A stretch of 64,000 nt of DNA, from positions 1,842 to 65,841 of IMG/VR virus record IMGVR_UViG_3300034523_000162, one strand, 5' to 3'. The position numbers and the translations under genes are program-made. Source of the stretch: a virus. Its lineage: Duplodnaviria > Caudoviricetes. The notes beneath the pieces are model-generated. The model was not told the origin of the DNA. It did not search any database and worked only from the letters and a program-made list of their open reading frames with translations. Position 1 is the stretch's first letter, and each line of letters starts with the position of its first letter. Below are positions 28,227 to 37,369 of this stretch, one piece after another.

Positions 28227-29654
28227 TCATGCCGCAAGTGCGGCCGGTACGTATCGGATGAAAATCGTGCAACGGCAGGCGGGGTGCAGCGGGGGCATCT
28301 GCACGCCGTAGCCGTGGCCGGTGTTGAATTGAACGTTGATGTGGATGCCATAGCCTTCGGCGCCCCTGTTCAGCGCCGGCATGGGCAGACAGATGGGACA
28401 GGTGCGCTCGTCTTTGGCAGTGAGCCAAGTTTTCCGCATCGCATCCTCGTCCACAAGACCGGCCTGTGCGGCCTGCTGCCAGCTGGCCAGGATGCCGGCG
28501 TTGGTGGCGCGCAGGCTCTCGGTGCGGGCGATCATCTCGCTCCGGTACCGGCGGTACTTGCGCGAGTAGGCCTCGACCATCTTGTCGATCTGCGCCGGCG
28601 TCAGGGGCTTGCCGGTGTCCATGGCCGCTTGCAGGGTCTTGTCGTACCGGAAGTCACGCAGGCGCCGGTCGAAGATGCCGTCCAGGGGCTTGCCGGAGCC
28701 GTCGACGGCGAACGTCTGCGCCCCGCCGGCGGCCCGGCTGACCTTGCCGCCCAGGTTCATGCGGCTGGCGCTTTTCTTCTCATGGAACGTCTGCAGCTGC
28801 TTGCGGAAGGCGCCCACGGCGGCGGCCTGGCGCTCGGTGAGGCCGACGATCTGGCGCACGTCGCGTGCGGTGTCGCGGGGGTTGGCGCCGTTCTTGAGGC
28901 CCTGGTTGACGACGTGGCGGATGCCTTCCCGGGCCTTTTCGTCGATCTCGACGATCAGGTCCAGCTCGTACTTGTCCAGAAAGCTGGTCACCTTGGGGTT
29001 CAGGGCGTCGAACTGGAAGACGGCGGCCTTGGGCTTGAAGTCCGGCTTTCCACCTGGTGTAAAGCCGTCATCCCCGCCCCCGCCGCCTGGCCCTTTACCA
29101 CCTGGTGGTAAAGCGTTGCCGCCATTTGGTAAAGCCAGGGCCGGTTTTGGTAAAGCCTGGACGGGTTTTGGTAAAGCGGCCCCGGGCTTGGCCAGGTCGC
29201 GCAGCGTCTCGATGTAGGCGTCCTCGATCTCGCCGACGGCGTGCTCGATCGCGCGCAGGGCGCCCCGGCCGATGGTGGCCCGGCCGACGCCGGTACCGGC
29301 GCCGTAAATCGTGGCCAGCGACGCCATGGCGCCGATCCGCGGTGCCTCACCCTGGGCGCTGGTGACGAAGGCCTGGCGCAGGGCCTGGCGGGCCTCGACC
29401 AGGTAGTCGCTGGGGTCGCCCATGCCCAGGGCCTCGAAGACGGCGGCCAGGTCGCCGGTGGCGATGGCCACTTCCAGCGCCTCGAGGTCGGTCTTGCGGT
29501 ACAGGCGCGCATACGCGGCCTCTACGGCGTCGGCCAGCGGCCCCTCGAAGCGCTTGGCCAGGGCGTCGAGGGCGTCGGCGATCGCCGCCTCACGCCCGCC
29601 GGCGGCCTTCTCGATGCGGGTGGCCGGCGCGGTCGGTCGGTTGAATACCCACAT
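28227..29654 (-). CDS. Minor head protein (MuF/SPP1 gp7 family)
   Basis: IARTES..KTWLTAKDERTCPIC..PPLHPACRC; follows the portal. Confidence 0.9.
   Translation of the reverse strand: MWVFNRPTAPATRIEKAAGGREAAIADALDALAKRFEGPLADAVEAAYARLYRKTDLEALEVAIATGDLAAVFEALGMGDPSDYLVEARQALRQAFVTSAQGEAPRIGAMASLATIYGAGTGVGRATIGRGALRAIEHAVGEIEDAYIETLRDLAKPGAALPKPVQALPKPALALPNGGNALPPGGKGPGGGGGDDGFTPGGKPDFKPKAAVFQFDALNPKVTSFLDKYELDLIVEIDEKAREGIRHVVNQGLKNGANPRDTARDVRQIVGLTERQAAAVGAFRKQLQTFHEKKSASRMNLGGKVSRAAGGAQTFAVDGSGKPLDGIFDRRLRDFRYDKTLQAAMDTGKPLTPAQIDKMVEAYSRKYRRYRSEMIARTESLRATNAGILASWQQAAQAGLVDEDAMRKTWLTAKDERTCPICLPMPALNRGAEGYGIHINVQFNTGHGYGVQMPPLHPACRCTIFIRYVPAALAA
29106..29177. repeat. Four TGGTAAAGC repeats at exact 21-bp spacing inside muF
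   Basis: Copies start at 29106, 29127, 29148 and 29169. Confidence 0.85.
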
Positions 29655-29657
29655 GGC

Positions 29658-31121
29658 TTATGCCTCCTCCCGCTTGGGCTTGGCGGGCTTGGCTGGGCCC
29701 TGCTGGGGCTTTTCCTGGCCAGCCGGTGCCTTGGCCCCGGGGTTGCCCTCGTCGCCGTACAGGCGCGCGTCGCGCTCGACGGTGTCCTGGTCGGTGTCCT
29801 CGGGCGCCTCGGGCAGGCCCATGCGGCTGCGCAGGGCGTTCTCCAGCTCGCGGTCGGGGAACAGCTGCGCCCCGGAGCCGGTCATGGCGGTGAGCATGCG
29901 GCCCAGCTGGTCCAGGTCCAGGTTCTCGATGTCGCCCGGGGCCAGGGTTGGCATCAGCTCGTACTTGAGCCCGTTCTTGCGCCACAGCTCGGGCAGCAGG
30001 ATGCGGTTGATCGGCGCCGCGACCTGCTTGAGGAAACTGCCGATCGCCGTGGCAAACAGCGCGGTCTTGTCGCTGGACAGGGCGAAGCTGCCGGCGGCGG
30101 TCTGCCCCAGGAACAGGAAATCGGCCAGGACGGTCATGGCGATGCGGCGGTCGTAACGGTCGACGATCGCCGTGGTGTCGAACTGGCGGGTGCCGCCGCT
30201 GCTCAGCAGGCTGACTTCGTACAGGTATTGGCCCTTGTCGTCGCGGGTGTTGGGCAGCAGCAGCCCCTCGTTGGTGTCGCGCTTGATCCCCCGGGCGAGG
30301 TCCTTGTACGCCTTGAGCGTGCGCTTGTCCTCGGGGCTGGCGTCCTGCCTGAACAGCGAGCCCGGGGCGCGGACCACCGGCAGGCCGGCCAGGTCGCGCT
30401 CGATGCCGATGCCCTCGATCTCCTCGATGCGGGTCTTGAAGAACCACGGGCGGTAGGCGCTGCGCAGGATCGACCGGCCCTCGGGGTTGTTCTTCACGCT
30501 CTGCGTGCGGAACAGCAGCATGTTCTCGATCGGGATGAACACCTGCGAGCCGTTCTCGGGCTGCTGGTACAGGCCGAGGATGTCGCCGTTCTCGGCGATC
30601 TCCCAGCGCTCGACGGTTTCCTGGGCTCGAAGCGCCATCTTGCGGATACCCCAGTACCCGTCGTCGAAGTTGGAGCGCAGGGACGGGTCCTTGTTGTCAC
30701 GGCCCTTGCGGCGCTTGAGGGGCACCTCCATCGGCGCGAAACCGAACGGCAGCATGGTGAGGATTTCCGTCAAGGTGTCCTCCCAGGTGCTCTCCATGTC
30801 CTCAAACAGCATTCCGGCGGCCAGGTCGGCCATTTCCTGGGCCTTTTCGGTGTCGTCGGCCGGCTGCATGCTCCAATCGCTCTGCCGGATCAGCATGTTG
30901 ATGGCAAACAGCATTGCCCCGACGACGGGGTCGTTGTCGGCCATCTGGCGGTACACGCGCATGCCCTTGCGGCCTTTCAGCTCGGGCAGGAACTCCTCGT
31001 TGACGTAGCCGCTGGCGTGCTTGAGACCGGTGCTGCCGACCTCCTCCGGGGCAAACTTGCGGATGTCTTCGGTGGGTTCCTCGGTGGCGTCGAGGATCTT
31101 GGCGACGGCTGGTTCGGTCAT
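29658..31121 (-). CDS. Portal protein
   Basis: Follows TerL; NPEGRSILRSAYRPW..EGIGIERDLAGLP..GSFALS (DUF935-type portal). Confidence 0.9.
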   Translation of the reverse strand: MTEPAVAKILDATEEPTEDIRKFAPEEVGSTGLKHASGYVNEEFLPELKGRKGMRVYRQMADNDPVVGAMLFAINMLIRQSDWSMQPADDTEKAQEMADLAAGMLFEDMESTWEDTLTEILTMLPFGFAPMEVPLKRRKGRDNKDPSLRSNFDDGYWGIRKMALRAQETVERWEIAENGDILGLYQQPENGSQVFIPIENMLLFRTQSVKNNPEGRSILRSAYRPWFFKTRIEEIEGIGIERDLAGLPVVRAPGSLFRQDASPEDKRTLKAYKDLARGIKRDTNEGLLLPNTRDDKGQYLYEVSLLSSGGTRQFDTTAIVDRYDRRIAMTVLADFLFLGQTAAGSFALSSDKTALFATAIGSFLKQVAAPINRILLPELWRKNGLKYELMPTLAPGDIENLDLDQLGRMLTAMTGSGAQLFPDRELENALRSRMGLPEAPEDTDQDTVERDARLYGDEGNPGAKAPAGQEKPQQGPAKPAKPKREEA

Positions 31122-31123
31122 AT

Positions 31124-32689
31124 CTAGCTCCAGGGGGATTCTCGTTCCAGGCCAATGGCGGCCAGAACGTGGTCATCGACGCCTTCGGGGGCGAACGTCA
31201 GTAAGAGGGAGTCGGCGATGTCGGGGCTGTGCCCCAGGCGTTTCTTCATTTCGTCTTTCGACTCGGCCAGCAGGCGGCCGCTGGAGTCGATGCTGTACTT
31301 GACCGTGGCCAGCTCGGCGGCCAGGTCCTGGGCGATCTCGTTGTCGATCATCGAGAACGACGGCTTTTCCTGGGCGATCCAGCGGGCGCCCTCTAGCCAC
31401 AGGTAGTCGCGCAGGCGGAAGCCCTGGGCCTCGACGCTCTCCTCGCCATCCTCGTAGGGGTTGAAGCGCTTGGGCGAGGCCTGGGCGACGTTGACCTCGA
31501 TGATCTGCGCCTTGACCTTGCCCTCTTTGCGGATCTCGCGCAGGCGGTCGACCACGCCGGCGCCGAGGCCGACGACGTCGACGAACACCTTACGGGCGCC
31601 GAAGCTGTTGGCCAGGTTCACGATCATGCCGGCCGTGGTCATGGTGTCCTGCTTGGCGTGAATCTCGGCGTGCAGCAGGTTGCGTTCCTGGCGAACGGTC
31701 AGCACCACCCGGTCGTTACCGAAGCGGGCGACGTCGGCGCCGATGCGGATCTCGCCGGTGTCGTCGTATGGCTCGCGGGTGATGCAGGGCTCGCAGTGCT
31801 CGAGCGGGATCAGCGTGTCGTCGTCTTGCTTCGGAAACTCGCCGTCACAGCGGACGCGGACCACGTTGCTGCCCTCGCCGTACTTGCGGACCAGGCCGGC
31901 GCGGTAGTCGCTCGAAACCAGCGGGCTCTCGGCCGAGCTGAAGTGCAGGCAGGTGAATTCCGACCGGCCGTGGTGGTGGCTCATGTGGAAGTAGCCCGAC
32001 GTCCTGGTCGGGTTGCCCAGCATCAGCAGGCGGGCGCCGTGGCTGGACAGCGCGCCCTCGGCGACCTCGAACACCTTTTCAAAGACGCCCGACGCCTCGT
32101 CGATGATGAAGAAGATCTTGCCTTCGCCGTGCTCGTCGCCGACGACGCCCATGCCGTCCTCGCTGATCTCCAGGTCGGAGGCGTGGAAGCCCTGGAGGGC
32201 GTCGGGGTTGTCCCGGCCGCTGGTGCGCGCCACCGCGAACCATTCCGACGCGGCGCTGGTGTCGTAGATGCGGTCCTTGGTGAAGGTGAACAGGTTGGTA
32301 AGCCAGAAACGCGGGTGATCGCCGCGCTTGAGGCTGACGTCGGCGCTCTTTCGCGCCCACTTGCCGATCTCGGCCCACAGCACGTCGCGCAGCTGGTGGC
32401 TGGTGGGCGCGGTGCAGGGGATCTTGGCGTAATCCCGGGTTTCCAGGAACCACAGGGCGGCGCCGCTGGTGCAGCCCGACTTGCCGATACCGTGGCCTGC
32501 GCGGCACGAAACCTTGGCCCCCTCGGGTGCCAATGCCTCAAATAGCTTTTTCTGCTGCCAGGTTGGGCGAAGGCCCAGGCGCTCTACGGCGTAGCGCACG
32601 GGGTCTTCGGCCCATTGTTTGCGGAGGGTTAGGTATGCATGCAGCTCCTCCTCTCGCACCGGCGGCATCTGTGCCTTGGCGCTGGCCAT
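31124..32689 (-). CDS. terL: Terminase large subunit
   Basis: Walker A AGHGIGKS, Walker B FIIDEASG, GNP coupling motif, nuclease GADVARFGND and SPDIADS. Confidence 0.95.
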   Translation of the reverse strand: MASAKAQMPPVREEELHAYLTLRKQWAEDPVRYAVERLGLRPTWQQKKLFEALAPEGAKVSCRAGHGIGKSGCTSGAALWFLETRDYAKIPCTAPTSHQLRDVLWAEIGKWARKSADVSLKRGDHPRFWLTNLFTFTKDRIYDTSAASEWFAVARTSGRDNPDALQGFHASDLEISEDGMGVVGDEHGEGKIFFIIDEASGVFEKVFEVAEGALSSHGARLLMLGNPTRTSGYFHMSHHHGRSEFTCLHFSSAESPLVSSDYRAGLVRKYGEGSNVVRVRCDGEFPKQDDDTLIPLEHCEPCITREPYDDTGEIRIGADVARFGNDRVVLTVRQERNLLHAEIHAKQDTMTTAGMIVNLANSFGARKVFVDVVGLGAGVVDRLREIRKEGKVKAQIIEVNVAQASPKRFNPYEDGEESVEAQGFRLRDYLWLEGARWIAQEKPSFSMIDNEIAQDLAAELATVKYSIDSSGRLLAESKDEMKKRLGHSPDIADSLLLTFAPEGVDDHVLAAIGLERESPWS

Positions 32690-32692
32690 TCC

Positions 32693-33157
32693 TTACGCTT
32701 TCCCCGCTCCCATCGCCTTGGCGGTGTTCTCGGCGGCCTTGAGCAGCGACGCCAGGCCGGCGCCGACGATGCTCAGGGCGCCTGGCTCGCCGTCCGGGTC
32801 GGTGATGGCGGCCTTGATCGGGCTGTCGAGGCCCAGGTACTTGGCCCGGCGGTCCATGACCTTGAGGCCCTTGTCGATCGCCTGCAGGTGGCCTTTGCGG
32901 ATCTGCCCTTCCAGCGCCATCCACATTTGGTCCAGGCGCATCAGCTCCAGCTGCTTGACCACCTGGGCGTCTTCCTGGGTGGCCTCGCCCAGCTGCTTGA
33001 GCAGCTCGCTGACGTAGCCGTGGGCGGTCGAGACGCTGATGCCCAGGGCGTCGGCGATCTCGGTGTAACTGGCGCCGCCCTTGCGCAAGGCGAAGGCCTT
33101 ACGCTTGCGCTCCTGGGCCAGGAGCTGGTCGGGGCGGGTGCGGCTCTTTTTCGTCAT
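32693..33157 (-). CDS. terS: Terminase small subunit (HTH)
   Basis: LRKGGASYTEIADALGIS HTH, RRAKYLGLD; directly upstream of terL. Confidence 0.75.
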   Translation of the reverse strand: MTKKSRTRPDQLLAQERKRKAFALRKGGASYTEIADALGISVSTAHGYVSELLKQLGEATQEDAQVVKQLELMRLDQMWMALEGQIRKGHLQAIDKGLKVMDRRAKYLGLDSPIKAAITDPDGEPGALSIVGAGLASLLKAAENTAKAMGAGKA

Positions 33158-34518
33158 GCGGTCACTCCTTTGCTGGCGCGGGACTTGCCGAGGCGCTCGG
33201 CCTCAACCTGGGAGAACTGCTTTTGCTCCTCGAAGTGGACGGCCACCATGCCGGTCCAGTCCTGCCACCGGCGGATGATGATGTCGGCGTACTTCTCGTC
33301 CAGCTCGTTCAGGCGGGCCCGGCGGCCGATCTTCTGGCAGGCGATCAGGGTGGTGCCGCTGCCGCCGAAGGTGTCCAGGACGATCTCGCCGCGCTTGCTG
33401 CTGTTGGCGACGAAGCGCTGCACCAACTTCACCGGCTTCATGGTCGGGTGCAGCTCCGATCGGCTCGGCTTGTCCTCGTACACGACGCTGGTGATGACCT
33501 GGTCGAGCAGCTCCTGGCACAGGGTTTCGAGCTGGCCACGGCTCAGGGCCTTGAGGTCCTTGGTGTCGTCGACGACGGTGGTCTGCGTGAAGTCCTGGCA
33601 GTAGTAGTGCGCGGCGCCTGGCTTCCAGCCGTACAGGATGGGTTCGTGGCGCCAGTTGTAGTCCTGGCGGCTCAGGGTGGCGCTGGACTTGACCCATATC
33701 AGGTTCTGCTTGAGCAGCCAGCCGGCGTCGATCATGGCCCGGCGGAAGTTCAGGCCCTCGCTGTCGGCGTGGGCGATGTAGACGGCGCCGCCTGGGCGGG
33801 TGACGGCGATCGCGGCCTGGTAGAAGCCCAGCAGGAACTCATAGAACTGCTGGTCGCTCATGTCGTCGTTCTGGATGCTGCCGGCCTTCGTCTCGTAGGC
33901 GACGTTGTACGGCGGGTCGGTCCACACCAGGTCGGCCTGGTCGCCCTGCATCAGGTAGCCCAGGGCCTGGACGCTGGTGCTGTCGCCGACGTGCAGGCGG
34001 TGCTCGCCCAAAATCCACAGGTCGCCCTGGCGGCTGACCGTCTCCTCGCGCTCGCCCGGGACGTCGTCGTCGTCGGTTAGACCCTGCTCCTCGGTTTCCT
34101 CCAGCGGGCCCTCGGCGTCGACGACGAGGCTGTCGATCAGCGCCTGGAGCGCCGGGTTGTCCGTCTCAACCTCGGCCAGGAGGCTGTTCAGCATCTCCTG
34201 GTCGGTGGTGGCCATGCCCCCGATCGGGTCGAGGGTGGCCAGAATCAAAGCCTCCTCCTCCTCGCTCAGCTCGACGTAAACCACCGGCACCTCGGCCTCG
34301 CCGCGCTCCAGGGCCACGCCCACGCGCAGGTGGCCGTCGACGATGTAGCCGGTCAGGCGGTTGACGATGACGTTTTGCACCCAGCCGACCTCATCGAGCA
34401 CGGCCTTGATGGCGCTGCGCTGGAGGTCGTTGTGGACCCTCCAATTCCTTGGGTTCGCTAAAAGCTGGCCTGGCTCCTCAGTCCCGCTCCCGACAATGCG
34501 ACTCTGCCAGCTGCTCAT
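33154..34518 (-). CDS. ParB-N domain + amino (N6-A/N4-C) DNA methyltransferase
   Basis: NPRNWRVH..IVDGHLR (ParB-N); TDPPYN, HPTMKP, LDTFGGSGTT (MTase). GGAGG RBS before ATG 34518. Confidence 0.9.
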   Translation of the reverse strand: MSSWQSRIVGSGTEEPGQLLANPRNWRVHNDLQRSAIKAVLDEVGWVQNVIVNRLTGYIVDGHLRVGVALERGEAEVPVVYVELSEEEEALILATLDPIGGMATTDQEMLNSLLAEVETDNPALQALIDSLVVDAEGPLEETEEQGLTDDDDVPGEREETVSRQGDLWILGEHRLHVGDSTSVQALGYLMQGDQADLVWTDPPYNVAYETKAGSIQNDDMSDQQFYEFLLGFYQAAIAVTRPGGAVYIAHADSEGLNFRRAMIDAGWLLKQNLIWVKSSATLSRQDYNWRHEPILYGWKPGAAHYYCQDFTQTTVVDDTKDLKALSRGQLETLCQELLDQVITSVVYEDKPSRSELHPTMKPVKLVQRFVANSSKRGEIVLDTFGGSGTTLIACQKIGRRARLNELDEKYADIIIRRWQDWTGMVAVHFEEQKQFSQVEAERLGKSRASKGVTA

Positions 34519-35080
34519 GCGGACACCTCCCGCCATTGCGGTGTTTGCCCGCATTGCAGTTGAAGCAAAGGATTTGGAATCCCTCCGGGAAGTCGTTGTG
34601 GTAGAGCCATTTCCACATATCGGTTTTGCCGATCTGCCGGCGATGGATTGCCCCTCCACCATTCACATGGTCGATGGTCAGGAATAGCGGCTCCCTCTCG
34701 CCGCAGCACGCGCACTTCCCTCCCATGCGCTCCAGGACCATGTCGCGGATCTCTAACCGTTTCTGGTTGCGATAGGCGCGCTGCTGCGATTGATATTTCG
34801 GCGCATTGGACGCCTTCCATTCCTTGTTTCTGACGGATATCCCCGCCTTGTTTTGCTGGTAGTCGGCGGCTGCTCGGGCGGCCTTTTTCTTCTGTGCAGC
34901 GCCGCTCTGCCGGCATTCCCGGCATCCCTTCGACGTCTCTTGCGGGAAGTCTTGGATAGGCTTTTGCTTCCCGCAGGTGTAGCACTTTCTGGTCGCGGCG
35001 CACTCCGCGCACTTGCGAAGCGATACGAAGCTCTCGGTCGGGCGTTCTTGTTTGCAGTAATGGCATGTTTTCGTGTTCAT
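34478..35080 (-). CDS. HNH endonuclease with N-terminal CxxC zinc ribbons
   Basis: CACCGE..LTIDHVNGGG..QILCFNCN; visibly lower GC than flanks. Confidence 0.85.
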   Translation of the reverse strand: MNTKTCHYCKQERPTESFVSLRKCAECAATRKCYTCGKQKPIQDFPQETSKGCRECRQSGAAQKKKAARAAADYQQNKAGISVRNKEWKASNAPKYQSQQRAYRNQKRLEIRDMVLERMGGKCACCGEREPLFLTIDHVNGGGAIHRRQIGKTDMWKWLYHNDFPEGFQILCFNCNAGKHRNGGRCPHEQLAESHCRERD

Positions 35081-35353
35081 GCGCACCAACATACCAAACC
35101 CTTTTCCCAAAAGCAGGGTTTGCTAGCAGGTGTTCTTGGTTGTTCCAGGTGGAAGTCATGGGGACGGGGGTCCTTGCGGGGGCGTGCTGTGGGATTTTTC
35201 CAGTGGGAGTCGTTATACCTGCGGGTTTGGCGGCCCCACAAACCGGGCCGGAGTGGCGGAGAGGGGGCCCGGGGCAGGCCTGGCGCGGGTTTGGCGAGAC
35301 TGGAGGCCGCGCCGTTCCTTATGTCTGTGGGTTATAAAAGCGCACCTTTTGAC

Positions 35354-35388
35354 TTGCTAGCGTCTTTTACAGTGGGTACAGTGTACCT
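35354..35388 (+). promoter_or_regulatory. Sigma70-like promoter with palindrome GGTACA-G-TGTACC over the -10
   Basis: TTGCTA-17bp-TACAGT upstream of ORF 35413. Confidence 0.6.
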
Positions 35389-35412
35389 ACTCCCTAACGA
35401 GGAAACGCCCCC

Positions 35413-35616
35413 ATGAGTCAGTCAATGTTTCTCTGCTGCGGCTTGCTCGAAGCCGCCGAAAAGGCCGCCATCAAGACCGTGGCCGAAGTCACCCACGCTC
35501 AGCGCCAGGCCTCCAATGACCACCCCGTGTTGTCCCTGCTGCTCACCGACCTGATCAAACAGGCCGCCGACCTGCAGGTGCGTATCCGCCAGGTGCGCCT
35601 GGCTGCCTGCCCTTAA
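35413..35616 (+). CDS. Hypothetical protein
   Basis: GAGGA RBS; downstream of a promoter. Confidence 0.6.
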   Translation: MSQSMFLCCGLLEAAEKAAIKTVAEVTHAQRQASNDHPVLSLLLTDLIKQAADLQVRIRQVRLAACP

Positions 35617-35641
35617 TCCTTGCCCCCGAGGAGTTGCCCCC

Positions 35642-36067
35642 ATGATTGATTCCCTGTCCCCGATCCTGCCCGGGTTCCCTTGCACTGCGGAGGACCTGCA
35701 CCAGGTCAACCGCGCCCTGCTGGCCGCCGACGCCGCCGGCCTGCACGCCGACAAGTTCGTCGTGGTGCTGACCTCGCATTGCGCCATCGGTGTTGTGTCG
35801 ATGTCCGGTGGCCCGAAGCTCGGCAACCTCTGCCCGTCCCTCAAGGGGCGCCGTCGCTTCGACTCCATGGCCGAGGCCAAGGCCGCGATGGTGGCGTGCT
35901 TCCAAGCGGATCTGCCGCCGGTGATCGTCATGCCGGTGTCGCTGTGGCAGATGCATGTGCGCTCGTTCCTGCGGGTGGCGCTCGCCTGCTCGCAGTCCCA
36001 TGACGAAATGAACCAGAACGCCGCTGACGTCGTGTCAGCGGCCCTCCAACAAGCCGCCAAAGAGTGA
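35642..36067 (+). CDS. Hypothetical protein
   Basis: GAGGAG RBS. Confidence 0.65.
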   Translation: MIDSLSPILPGFPCTAEDLHQVNRALLAADAAGLHADKFVVVLTSHCAIGVVSMSGGPKLGNLCPSLKGRRRFDSMAEAKAAMVACFQADLPPVIVMPVSLWQMHVRSFLRVALACSQSHDEMNQNAADVVSAALQQAAKE

Positions 36068-36447
36068 CCGCCATGACCGCTCCTGCTCCCTTCCCGCTGT
36101 CCCTGAAACCGGGCGATCGCGCCCACTACCAGCCAGGCGTGTTCGGCACGCAAACGGGCGGTAAGCCGGTGCTGATCGCCGAGGTGGGCCGCCAATACAT
36201 CCGCGACACCATGGGCCGCCAGTTCCAGATCGCCGACGGGATCAACACCAAGGGCGCCGCGCAGGGGCGCCTGTGGGCCTCGGAGGCCGCGTACAAGTCG
36301 GAGATCCGCTGCGCCCTGGCCATCGTGCGCCTGACTAAGCGCCTGGAGGGGATCGCGCGCACCACGCGCGGCTCCCGGCCGTCGCTGGAGAACGTCCTGG
36401 CGGCGGCCTCGCTGCTGGGGGTCAACCCCGAGCACATCCTGCAATGA
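36064..36447 (+). CDS. Hypothetical protein
   Basis: GTGA overlap with the previous gene; ATGA overlap with the next. Confidence 0.65.
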   Translation: MTAMTAPAPFPLSLKPGDRAHYQPGVFGTQTGGKPVLIAEVGRQYIRDTMGRQFQIADGINTKGAAQGRLWASEAAYKSEIRCALAIVRLTKRLEGIARTTRGSRPSLENVLAAASLLGVNPEHILQ

Positions 36448-36725
36448 CGCCCGCCATCCTCCTCCCGCCGCACCATATCGAGGTGTTGCGCGGAATGGCT
36501 GACGATGCGGGCGACGTCCTGGTGCCCGCTGGGGAGCTGCACACGCTCCTGGCGGCGCATGAGGACGCCCGGACGCTGGCGGCCTCGCTCCCGGTCCTGC
36601 TGGGGCGCCTGGACCGCTGCGACGCTCTACTGCGCGCCCTGGTGCGCAACGGTAGTGCCCCCGAGGTGCTTGCCGGCGTCGAAGCCTATTTGTCTCAACG
36701 ATCCCAGGAGGTACCCCGTGGCTGA
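36444..36725 (+). CDS. Hypothetical protein
   Basis: ATGA coupling. Confidence 0.6.
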   Translation: MTPAILLPPHHIEVLRGMADDAGDVLVPAGELHTLLAAHEDARTLAASLPVLLGRLDRCDALLRALVRNGSAPEVLAGVEAYLSQRSQEVPRG

Positions 36726-36954
36726 TCATGTGGTCTTGCAGGATTTCCTGCGCCGTCATCGGCTCCAGCACAACGAGGTCGGCAAAGTGACGGGCTACTC
36801 GCTCGACCTGGTGCGCTCGGTGCTCTACCAGAAGCGCGCTATGCCCGAGCCGATGCTGGCGGTTATCCAGGCAATCGACGCTTTGGCTGCGGTTGGCCAG
36901 GATCGGGCTGCAACCTTCATCCTACAGCGGCTGCGCGAGCGGCCTCGGCTGTAA
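36718..36954 (+). CDS. Small HTH (XRE-like) DNA-binding protein
   Basis: AGGAGG RBS then GTG; LQDFLRRHRLQHNEVGKVTGYSLDLVRSVL. Confidence 0.6.
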   Translation: MADHVVLQDFLRRHRLQHNEVGKVTGYSLDLVRSVLYQKRAMPEPMLAVIQAIDALAAVGQDRAATFILQRLRERPRL

Positions 36955-37002
36955 CGATTGCGTAAAGATGTGTTAAGGAAACGACTTTAACCATTTGTTC
37001 AC

Positions 37003-37038
37003 TTGCATCGGCTTCGCTGGCTGGGTACTTTGTACCCA
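37003..37038 (+). promoter_or_regulatory. Sigma70-like promoter with perfect palindrome TGGGTAC-TTT-GTACCCA over the -10
   Basis: TTGCAT-17bp-TACTTT. Confidence 0.6.
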
Positions 37039-37369
37039 ACCAGTTAACGCTTTAGCCTCAATGCGCGCGGGCCTTACCACCCCGCGCCGCCCTACCGAAT
37101 GCCCCGCCCGAACCAGGCCATACTGGATCGGGCTTTCGTGCTAGACGCTTCGGCAAGGCCTACTAAACTGATACCCAGTACCAACGTTTGAGACGAATTA
37201 CCCGCAAATTGACTTGCTCTATCGGTCCTTAGCGGGTATCAGTACGGCCCTGCGCGCCCCCGCGCAGAATTGCAGGATGCAAAATGCCGTTTTTGCTGGT
37301 CCGAACACCCCCGGCTGCCCCCGCCGGTCTAGCTCGCTGCTTTGCACAACGAACATGGAGTGCCACCAA

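Noticed and set aside
28217-28351. ORF-track start of the 1509-aa protein, or a MuF-effector fusion
   Set aside because: The extension overlaps muF in another frame; muF has its own stop at 28227 and a strong RBS precedes ATG 28216. No slippery site was noticed.
33154-34518. ParB-N domain as the partner of ParA
   Set aside because: It is the common ParB-N/methyltransferase fusion found beside terminases and has no HTH; the short ParA has its own adjacent small partner.
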